NCBI GenBank assembly: GCA_965235115.1
Contig: OZ249436.1
Coordinates: 49,354,001-49,418,000 of the forward strand
Direction of reading: 5' to 3'
Origin: Laetmonice hystrix
Taxonomy: Eukaryota
DNA: 64,000 nucleotides
The first letter of the stretch is position 1, and each line of letters begins with the position of its first letter. A model generated the notes under the pieces. The model did not search any database, had not been told where the DNA came from, and was given only the letters and a program-made list of their open reading frames with translations. Below, in pieces: positions 52,992 through 63,573 of the stretch. Position numbers and translations under genes: made by a program.

Positions 52992-53607
52992 ATATTGGGT
53001 TGCTGTCCCAAGTGTCTGATACTGGGTGGCTGTCTCAAGTGTCTGATACTGGGTAGTTGTCCCAAGTGTCTGATACTGGGTAGTTGTCCCAAGTGTCTGA
53101 TATTGGGTAGTTGTTCCTAATGTCTGATATTGGGTGGTTGTTCCAAAACTCTGATATTGGGTGGTTCTTCCAAGTGTATGATATTGGGTGGTTGTTCCAA
53201 GTGTCTGATATTGGGTGGTTGTCCCAAGTGTCTGATATTGGGTGGCTGTCCCAAGTGTCTGATATTGGGTGGCTGTCCCAAGTGTCTGATATTGGGTGGT
53301 TGTCCCAAGTGTCTGATATTGGGTGGTTGTTCCAAATCTCTGATATTGGGTGGTTGTTCCAAATCTCTGATATTGGGTGGTTGTTCCAAGTGTCTGATAT
53401 TGGGTTGCTGTCCCAAGTGTCTGATATTGGGTGGTTGTTCCAAGTGTCTGATATTGGGTGGTTGTCCAAAGTGTCTGATATTGGGTGGTTGTTCCAAATG
53501 TCTGATATTGGGTGGTTGTTCCAAGTGTCTGATATTGGGTGGTTGTTCCAAGTGTCTGATACTGGGTGGGTGTTCCTAGTGTCTGATATTGAGTGGTTGT
53601 CCCAAGT
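52992..53607. repeat. Minisatellite, 27-bp unit, ~23 copies
   Basis: Unit gtgtctgatattgggtggttgt(t/c)ccaa, moderately diverged. Confidence 0.95.
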
Positions 53608-53701
53608 GCCTCTCCCCTACTTATTCGCCCTACTCTTGGTTGACACTGTACCTCCGTGCATATGTGCTCTAGAATTCAACCAGAAGAAGAGAATAAACCT
53701 T

Positions 53702-53742
<41 letters not shown>
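53702..53742. repeat. (AAC)n microsatellite
   Basis: About 13-14 perfect aac units. Confidence 0.95.
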
Positions 53743-53743
<1 letters not shown>

Positions 53744-55384
53744 GAGACGGTATTAATGGGGGCGGGAGAGTTCAGCACTGCAGGGTTATGGGAGCTGGTG
53801 TTTTTAATGGGTGGAGGTTCCAGCACTGAGTCGGTGTTTTAATGTCCTGGGTATACAGCATCACAGGGATAATAGCAGACGGTGTTTTTAATGGGTGGAG
53901 GTTCTAGCACTGAGACGGTGTTTTAATGGTAAGGGTCTCCACCGATGCAGGGCCGGCTACCCGCCCACGCACGTGATCACCGACCCGGCCGTTAACGAGG
54001 GTCGTAGAGAGCACTTGGTCTCACCCCGTGTTACCGACGGCCCGCCCTCTCGTACCTGGCCCCGGGCACACGGTGGCAAACGACCGGGGAGTGGAAGGGG
54101 GGGGGGGTCAAGAATTGAAAGGGGGGTAGCTGCTGTGGCAGGTAGTGTATTGGACCCTGCAGTGGTATTTGGTGTTAGGGCATCACATAAAGTAAAACGA
54201 TGGGAGATATTGGGCGAGTATGAAGGGATCCCAAAGCGGGTTGTGAAGGATGCCAGACGCCGTGACCCCGATATCTATAGTCAGGATGGCGTACAGACTA
54301 CACATGACATAGAAATAGACCCAGAGACAGACAGACACCCTTGAACTCTTGTTTAGTCAGCCTGGCACTGACTCCAACTCCCGGACGGCACAATGCGTGC
54401 TAGTTGACGCTGCCGCCTCGTCCCTCCTTGGGGCACTCACCCCGGTCAACATCACGTGGTAATGGCCGTCCCCTGTGGCCGGGCTCCGCCAAGCGTGTCA
54501 TTAGCCCGCCCGCCCTCGTCTCCCTCCCCTGCCGACCCAACCGGTCCCCCGGCGGGCCTGCAGCCTGCACCGGTTCTGGTCCCTGCCCCTCCCGCCTGCC
54601 CTCCTGCCGGCCTGCAGCCTGCCCGGGCTCCGGTCCCTGCCCCGGCTTAGGTCCCCCCCCCCGCCTGCCCCCCCCCCCCCCCGCCTGCCCTCCCCCCACG
54701 GCCGGGCCGACCCGCGACTCGCTCCCCGCCCGACCCGTTTGATCAACGCCATCCCGGCTTTATGCGATGCGCTCGGCGGCCACTTTGCTTATTATTAGCC
54801 ATCACGGGGGATTCTAGCCGTGCGACTCGAGATGGCGTCTGTGGGGCACCGCCGCTACTGCATCATCGGCAGATACTGGCGTCAGATAGCGTCAGATAGC
54901 GTCAGATGCCGAATGCCGAATGCCTTCGCTCCCGAAGTCATTCCAGCTACATTCCAAAACATTCTCATTCAAAGTTTATTTGTCTATCCAATTAAAGAAA
55001 CTCATATCGCAAAGAATTTTATTTTACTCCGTTTGTACGGAAAGGAGAAATCGGAAGTTGTAATATCACTGATAACGTGGGAATTTTTGTTTCAACACTA
55101 AACTGTATACGACTAAAGGTTTGCCATTGCGTTAAGATCTGTTATGTCTCCCTCGTGATGTTAAAGGGATGTTTTCGAGTGTACAATGTCACAGAAAAAC
55201 CGGAAGGCATACAAAAGATGATCCAAGAATAATGTGTCTGCATGTGTACAAGGACTGCAAGAGAGTCGCTTTAATTATCTGTAAACATCATAAACCAGTG
55301 TAAGAGGATGGAGAAATAAAAATTGTGAAAACTTCATTTTGGTTACTACAATCTAACATCTTGCCCACCAAGCATCACGATCGT

Positions 55385-56210
55385 CCGATTCTGTGGCCTA
55401 TCTCTATATACTACTAGGATACATAACCTGAGACAATCGCCCGATTCTGTGGTCTATCTCTATACTACTAGGATACATAGCCTGAGACAATCGCCCGATT
55501 CTGTGGCCTATCTCTATATACTACTAGGATACATAGCCTGAGACAATCGCCCGATTCTGTGGCCTATCTCTATACTACTAGGATACATAGCCTGAGACAA
55601 TCGCCCGATTCTGTGGCCTATCTCTATATACTACTAGGATACATAGCCTGAGACAATCGCCCGATTCTGTGGCCTATCTCTATACTACTAGGATACATAG
55701 CCTGAGACAATCGCCCGATTCTGTGGCCTATCTCTATATACTACTAGGATACATAGCCTGAGACAATCGCCCGATTCTGTGGCCTATCTCTATACTACTA
55801 GGATACATAACCTGAGACAATCGCCCGATTCTCTGGCCTATCTCTATATACTACTCGGATACATAGCCTGAGACAATCGCCCGATTCTCTGGCCTATCTC
55901 TATATACTACTAGGATACATAGCCTGAGACAATCGCCCGATTCTGTGGCCTATCTCTATACTACTAGGATACATAGCCTGAGACAATCGCCCGATTCTCT
56001 GGCCTATCTCTATATACTACTCGGATACATAGCCTGAGACAATCGCCCGATTCTCTGGCCTATCTCTATATACTACTAGGATACATAGCCTGAGACAATC
56101 GCCCGATTCTGTGGCCTATCTCTATATACTACTAGGATACATAGCCTGAGACAATCGCCCGATTCTCTGGCCTATCTCTATATACTACTAGGATACATAG
56201 CCTGAGACAA
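55385..56210. repeat. Minisatellite, 56/54-bp units, 15 copies
   Basis: Unit gagacaatcgcccgattct(g/c)tggcctatctcta(ta)tactactaggatacatagcct. Confidence 0.96.
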
Positions 56211-57972
56211 AGGTAGCTTTTCTATTACTACTTGCATTTAATGCTATAAGAACCTTTCATATAAAAAAACAGAAGAAGACGAAGAAGAAGATATCTTTAA
56301 GACATCTACATGGACCAGAGCGCATGCTGGTACCTAGTCATTCGTCGTGTGTCCCTGATCTCGGCGACACCTATTGTTATACTACTGCCGATCAGCCAGC
56401 AATATGGTTACAATCAGCCACACCGACCTGCAGTATTTGGAGATTGGACCGAGCGTAACGTGGCACTGCGGTCTGTGCGCCATGTTACGGCGCCATGTCG
56501 GGATCAGACGGCAACACCCACCACATATATAAGTGTACGGATCAATACGCCCGGCCTACGGGGACCCTGACTTCATTGTCGGCCGCCCCTCCCCCTGCCG
56601 TCCGGGTAATGAGTGGCCCCCACGGGGATCGACAGGCCCGATAGGTTCAGTCGATAATACTGCCCGGCCGGCGACCTTACGGCCCGCCGGGAGAAATAGG
56701 AACTCAGGCCGCGAGTTGGCTGACCCCCTGGGCGGGGACGTGGAGGGATACAGGAGGCGGGATCAACCGTCTTCTTCTACACATCTGGTCACATAAACAT
56801 GGCCTGGTGGCCGGGGGGCCTGCCGACCTACGCCCTCAGACTTCAGACTGGTACGTGACAGTCCGCTACTCATACACTGAGCTTGTCACCCGTCCCGGGC
56901 GGGGATCTACGTCTGATTGTGGTCGATGGCGCTATAAATAGAACGTGACGTTGACATCATACCATTTTCAAATTCACTTGCAGGAAAGGGTGCTGTAACT
57001 TAGAAAGTATGATTCTATTGGATGGGGTTACCCGGCTATGGCTAGTTGTTAAGAAGCCCCAAGGGGTGGTTTATGGTCTTTCATACAATTCCCATTGGAA
57101 ATAACTTGAGATTTTAACGGAATAGTCCAGTTGAAATTTCAGGAACCTAGAAATGTTCTTTCCTATGAAATTTTTTTGTTGATTCATACTCTAATGGGGT
57201 CCTAGAACAAATTCAACTTGGTTGCCCAAAGGGCAACTTTGGGCAAATCTCGTAATCTGCATAAATCCAAGATGGCCGCCCAACGCCACCTTGAAAATTT
57301 AACTTTTGAACCACTTGCCTTAGAATGATGTATAATACATCATTTTAGGGGTTTTTGGGTATGTAGAATCCATTTCTGATGTTATTTTTTCAATTGAAGG
57401 TCAAGGTCAGGTCAAATTCAAGATGGCCGCCCAACGCTACCTTGAAAATTTAACTTTTGAACCACTTGCTTTAGAATGATGTATAATACGTCATTTTAGG
57501 GGTTTTGGGGTATGTAGAATCCATTTCTGATGTTATTTTTTCAATTGAAGGTCACGGTCAGGTCAAATTCAAGATGGCCGCCCAGCACTACCTTGAAAAT
57601 TTAACTTTTGAACCACTTGCCTTAGAATGATGTATAATACGTCATTTTAGGGGTTTTTGGGTATGTAGAATCCATTTCTGATGTTATATTTTCAATTGAA
57701 GGTCAAGGTCAGGTCAAATTCAAGATGGCCGCCCAAAGCCACCTTGAAATAATACGTCTTTTTTAGGGGTTTTAGGAGTTGACACCAACCTGCCCAGAGT
57801 GATTAGGACCCTACGCCAACTGCCTGTAGCGATTAGGTCCCAATATACCCCACCTGGCTGTAGTGAGTGAGTGAGTAGTTGGTGTTTAATGCCCAGTCAG
57901 CCACCTGTAGAGATTAGGGCCCTATATACCCCAGCTGACTGTAGTGAATAAGAACCTATATACACCACCTGC

Positions 57973-58985
57973 CTGTATTTTTCTTTTGAAATGCACGGGC
58001 GTCAGGGGTAACCCAATTACTTTGACAATGTCCCTAAAGAGAAAAGTTGTATAGTCCTCTACAGGAATCGAACCCCGGCCCCAAGATTACTGCACCCATT
58101 CGCATAGCATAAGGTGTCGACACCCATGCCTACTCGGCCACCGCCACTCCCCTAATAAAGGAGCTTTGGTGGTCGAGCAGGACAATGGACCCTCCCCCTA
58201 CACACATCTTCCGAAATGAGACGGAATCCTAGATAGAGCTACACATGATTTCTACCGAACATTGACTGTTAAGGTAATCCTGGCACTGGCGTAGACTGTA
58301 TTTTTCTTTTGAAATGCACGGGCATCAGGGGTAACCCAATTACTTTGACAATGTCCCTAAAGAGAAAAGTTGTATAGTCCTCTACAGGAATCGAACCCAG
58401 GCCCTAAGATTACTGCACCCATTCGCATAGCATAAGGTGTCGACATCCATGCCCACGTCCATATATACCCCACCTGACTGTAGTGATAACGTCCCTATGG
58501 CCACCTGACTGTTGTGATTAGGCAGCTATATACCCCACCTGACTGTATTTTTCCTTTTGAAATGCACGGGCATCAGGCGTAACCCAATTACTTTGACAAT
58601 GTCCCTAAAGAGAAAAATCGTAAAGTCCTCTACAGGAATCGAACCCCGGCCCCAAGATTACTGCACCCATTCGCATAGCATAAGGTATCGACACCCATGC
58701 CCACTCGGCCACCGCCACTTCCCTAAAAAAGGAAGCTTTGGTTTATTATGTCCCTATATACCCCACCTGGCTCTTGTGATTAGACCCCTATGTACCGCAC
58801 CTGACTGTATTTTTCTTTTGAAATGCACGGGCATCAGGGGTAACCCAATTACTTTGACAATGTCCGTAAAGAGAAAAGTTGTATAGTCCTCTACAGAAAT
58901 CGAACCCTGGCCCCAAGATTACTGCACCCATTCGCATAGCATAAGGTGTCGACGCCCATGCCCACTCGGCCGCCGCCACCTCCCT
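57973..58985 (-). repeat. Four direct copies of a ~175-bp tRNA-derived (Pol III A-box/B-box) cassette inside the transposon
   Basis: Copies start (+ coordinates) at 57973, 58296, 58543 and 58805. Minus strand reads gtggcggTGGCCGAGTGG...GGTTCGATTCC...tatacaacTTTT. Copy 2 lacks the A-box end. Confidence 0.8.
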
Positions 58986-59091
58986 ATATGATTAGGGCCC
59001 TATATACCCCACTAAACAGTATAGTGAGGCCAAACAATACAGTGAGGGCAAAAGGTACAGTGAGGCCAAACAGTGCACGGAGGCCAAACAG

Positions 59092-59231
59092 TATGCTATG
59101 CGAATGGGTGCAGTAATCTTAGGGCCAGGGTTCGATTCCTGTAGAGGACTATACAACTTTTCTCTTTAGGGACATTGTCAAAGTAATTGGGTTACCCCTG
59201 ATGCCCGTGCATTTCAAAAGAAAAATACAGT
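59092..59231 (+). repeat. Fifth, inverted and 5'-truncated copy of the tRNA-derived cassette
   Basis: tatgctatgcgaatgggtgcagtaatcttagggccagggttcgattcctgtagaggac...aaaagaaaaatacagt is the reverse complement of the cassette at 57973-58110. Confidence 0.9.
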
Positions 59232-61405
59232 GAGAAGTCATGGTACTAGCTGGCCTGTTTCCTGTGGGTTTACAAGGGAGCCTCCTGTTTGTTACCAGCC
59301 GTTTATTGCCATTCTAAGACCCTAACCTGACCTTGACCTTCAATTGAAAAAATAACATCAGAATTGGATTGATTCTACACACCCAAAACCCCCTAAAAAG
59401 ACGTATTATACATCATTCTAATGCAAGTGGTTCAAAAGTTAAATTTTCAAGGTGGTGTTGGGCGGCCACCTTGAATTTGAAATGACCTTGACCTTCAATT
59501 GAAAAGATAACATCAAAAATGGATTCTACATGCCCAAAAACCCCTAAAAGACGTACCGTATTATACATCATTCTAAGGCAAGTGGTTCAAAAGTTAAATT
59601 TTCAAGGTGGCGTTGGGCGGCCATCTTGAATTTGACCTGACCTTGACCTTAAATTGAAAAAATAACATCAGAAATGGATTCTACATACCCAAAAAACCCT
59701 AAAATGACGTATTATACATCCTTCTAAAGCAGGTGGTTCAAAAGTTAAATTTTCAAGGTAGCGTTGGGCGGCCATCTTGAATTTGACCTGACCTTGACCT
59801 TCAATTGAAAAAATAACATCAGAAATGGATTCTACATACCCAAAAACCCCTAAAATGACGTATTATACATCATTCTAAGGCAAGTGGTTCAAAAGTTAAA
59901 TTTTCAAGGTGGCGTTGGGCGGCCATCTTGGATTTATGCAGATTACGAGATTTGCCCAAAGTTGCCCTTTGGGCAACCAAGTTGAATTTGTTCTAGGACC
60001 CCATTAGAGTATAAATCAACAAAAAAAATTCATAGGAAAGAACATTTCTAGGTTGGTGTATTGAACACATAGGACTGTCAAATGGACTAGAAGGAATTAC
60101 TATAAATATCACTAATAAAATGGCATAAATGTCTCCATTTGCTGACTTTGTGAAGATTACAAAAAGTGTTTTCTAGGCGTTAAATGAAATCCCAGTGTTA
60201 ATTTATAAGAGATGCACTCGCTGGTGATGTGCCACCTCTGTTCGTGACCTATCCCCAGATATGTGGCACATCCATGAATCCATCCTGAGTCCAGACCCAT
60301 CTACACATGGGACAGAGCCAGAATATAATCGAGTACTGATTTTCAACGGTTGCCACGGCCTCAAGAACCTCGAGGATTCGATGGGATTTCGTATCAAAGG
60401 ACAACACATACACTCGTCTCCTCTGCGGCTCTCTCATGCTTTCTCTCTGAAGCCACTAAAACAAGAGCTCGTACGGTAGAAATCTTTGACTAGGGAGACG
60501 CACTTTCTTCATGTCTACTACATGTGAAGAAGTCCTTATGAAGATAATACAAAGTGACGGCACAAGACCGCCTCAAAGAATATAGAACTCATATCTCATG
60601 AAAATAAATCTTTCCCAATTTTTGATTTCTTTAAATAATGGCTGCTTTCTCATTCTCACAGTCAATTCTTTTACTTTTCTTTTTATGTGGTAAAACGCAG
60701 TTGCAGTCAGTCATTGCAATTTAAAACTTTGAGAAATTGGTCCTTTATCTATGTTTTATTACTTAGGTCTAGATGACGTCTTATAGAAGATAAGATAATT
60801 ATGGAATTCAATGTTATTGGGGCACAGTATGCAATTAATCTGAATTAATGCCTTATACATAATACATGTCATTATTGTCATCTTGTATATCCTTATATCG
60901 TATCCGTGCATATCGTTTAGGGAACCGGTCCCTCCCTCACTGTTGTCAAGATCTCTTGTTATATGACAACCTCAAACATTGCATATAGCCCAGGTAATCA
61001 CTTGTGGAGAATACTGCTCTTTACTTCCTCATATATCATTTTAAAATCATATATTAATGTTACAAATATTAGGCCAACTGATGGCACTATATGTGCGAGA
61101 GACAAGTCTTTATAGTATATACCAGAATAGAAAGACTGCCACATGTATGACTGTGTCGTGACGGTCAAAGAAATAATGGATTGCAAGATTGCATACAATG
61201 ATGTAGTTGGCATCATTAAATGAATATACATGACCACAATAACTTGGTTGGCGCCTACATATATGGATTTTCCTTCCATTCTTACAGAAAGTGTTCTCTT
61301 GTTTTAAAGGTTTTAAGTCTATATCAGGTTTACAATATTTAATTGTCCAGGTATACAGAGATACTTTACAATGAGGTTACTCTATCACATAAATCATCAC
61401 ATACA

Positions 61406-61801
61406 AATATTGCTCACGATAAACAATAGGCTTTTGTCTTCAATAACTGCCACATAACATGGACTTCAGGGGGATACACACATGTAATATTGCTCACCAT
61501 AAACAATAGGCTTTTGTCTTCAATAACTGCCACATAACATGGACTTCAGGGGGGTACACACATGTAATATTGCTCACCATAAACAATAGGCTTTTGTCTT
61601 AAATAACTGCCACATAACATGGACTTCAGGGGGGTACACACATGTAATATTGCTCACCATAAACAATAGGCTTTTGTCTTAAATAACTGCCACATAACAT
61701 GGACTTCAGGGGGATACACACATGTAATTTTACTCACCATAAACAATAGGCTTTTGTCTTCAAGAACTGCCACATAACATGGACTTCAGGGGGATACACA
61801 A
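61406..61801. repeat. Tandem repeat, 80-bp unit, 5 copies
   Basis: aaacaatagg recurs at 61421, 61501, 61581, 61661 and 61741. Confidence 0.96.
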
Positions 61802-61993
61802 TGACGTCATTGAATGACGTCACAGTGGAGCCAGGCTGGTCCCCTGGGCCTTATTGTGAATGATTATATCAAATATCCTGACAGATCCCGTGTTCGAGCG
61901 CAACAAGTTGAAAATCCATTGACAAAACTTACTCAAGTCACAATCCCAAACAGTTTTCAAGTTTAAAAGTTTAAATGTTTACATGTTTAAACA

Positions 61994-62146
61994 CAGGGGC
62001 GTAGGAAGCTGAGGGCAGAGGGGGCTGCTGCCCCCCAATATTTATAAAATGACCGCAGGCTCAATGCAGAATCATAGGCGTAAGTCATTTTGACGTCACT
62101 TCTGCCCCCCCCCCCCCCCAATATTTTTTTCCTTCCTACACCACTG
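61994..62146. mobile_element. 153-bp MITE with 15-bp TIRs and 5-bp TSD AAACA
   Basis: Left end caggggcgtaggaag versus reverse complement of the right end cagtggtgtaggaag (13/15). aaaca flanks both sides (61989-61993, 62147-62151). Internal repeated ctgcccccc..caatattt. Confidence 0.8.
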
Positions 62147-63387
62147 AAACATATAGATGTTTGAGAGTCTCATCATTACTGTATCTTTAGCACGTCTTTA
62201 GCCGATACTATCTTTAATATTTTCTAATAGTAAGGCTGAGAATTCATGGACAATAAATCTGCAGTTGCCGAATAAACAGTGGTTTCATTGGCCCGGCACC
62301 GTCCGCAGTATCCTTGTAGATTTGTTTTACATTTCCGCCTGATCCCAGATAAGACCATCAGCATTCACTTAGAATCCGATACTCTTCATCAGTCACACCA
62401 AAGACAGTTCGCCAGTCTTCAAGATTGGTATCAATTAAGACTATTCTCTTAATAATGTGCACAAAACTCAATAATTAAGCGTACTGCTGGCGAGGCGAGA
62501 GAGGTTCATTAGTGTTTGTTCGATGGGAATCAAGTAATGAAATGCGAAATTAGCCTTTAATCAGTTTCGTTTCTATGTCGAAGCGACGCGACAAGAGACG
62601 TTTTCCAGTCTCGTGGCATTTCAGCGGCTCCTACTCAATTTCACAGACAAAACGTACGATCTAGGCATTCATAGCACGGCTGACGTATAGCACTGACGAG
62701 GGCAGTAAGGACAAGGAAGGCATGCATACATGACTATTTTAGAGAATTGCTGGTGAAAGAGTAAAACAATGATCTTAATATCTGAATATCTTGAAAATGC
62801 GGTCTGTTCCAGGGAATGTAGACAAGGGCTAAAGCACTGTACATTTATAAATTTGTAAATAACCATCAATTTAGACCAAATTCTAACAAATCAAACACGG
62901 GCGTTATCGTAAAAATGAAAACTCCGAGTTTCGTTCTTAGGTTAATGACTTTATTGCCGTACCTTAAAGATGACTCCTACATCATGGATACACAGGTAGA
63001 TCAGATAGGCAACAGAGTGAAACAAATCAAATGTATTCCACAGAATATTGTGGAGATTTGAGGTCAGAGACATGTGGGCCAGCACCAAAAACAGAGTATT
63101 ACGAAAAAGGCGTTGGTCTCTTAGTTGATACTTGTTTATTTGTGTGAGAACATTCCTGCTCCTGCTGCTGTTCCATAATTATTGTTTTACAAGATCACGT
63201 TGGAGGACGCTGTGTAATCACACGGGGTTCTTCCCGTATATATCATGAATCGATGCAAACTTAGGAAATAAGGGGGGCACATACTTCTTACCCTTCAGAA
63301 TATGAATGAATATATATCCCGAGCCCCCTCTGACAGGTATTGTATCTGATAGTGTGACGGTCTACCAAAGGTCGGCGTGTAAAATTA

Positions 63388-63573
63388 CTCCAGTAGGTGT
63401 CCGTGTAACACTGCCCTCCTGGTTGTTACCCCTCCAGTAGGTGTCCGTGTAACACTGTCCTCCTGGTTGTTACCCCTCCAGTAGGTGTCCGTGTAACACT
63501 GTCCTCCTGGTTGTTACCCCTCCAGTAAGTGTCCGTGTAACATGCTCTCCTGGTTGTTGCCCCTCCAGTAGGT
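63388..63573. repeat. Minisatellite, 44-bp unit, ~4.2 copies
   Basis: Unit ctccagtaggtgtccgtgtaacactgtcctcctggttgttaccc, period 63388 to 63432. Confidence 0.94.

Larger units (their letters stand above)
57123..60089. mobile_element. Non-autonomous foldback DNA transposon, Academ-like (2,967 bp, 3-bp TSD GAA)
   Basis: Termini tagtccagttga (57123-57134) and tcaaatggacta (60078-60089) are inverted, 11/12 identical. Both flanks read gaa (57120-57122, 60090-60092). Long near-identical inverted arms ~57144-57750 and ~59325-60054 are built from a 151-bp sub-repeat (caagatggccgcc at 57268, 57419, 57570, 57721). No transposase ORF. TAG..CTA ends, long TIRs and a 3-bp TSD fit Academ, but the superfamily call is inference. 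Confidence 0.88.

Noticed and set aside
53035..53842. 9-aa repeat ORFs (e.g. WDNHPISDT, LILGGCSKC) resembling LRR or ice-binding repeats
   Set aside because: The 27-bp unit is open in four frames and there is no non-repetitive coding context or splice evidence.
58046..58148. Functional tRNA gene
   Set aside because: A and B boxes are present but the acceptor and T stems do not pair and there is no clear anticodon arm. Reported as a tRNA-derived cassette instead.
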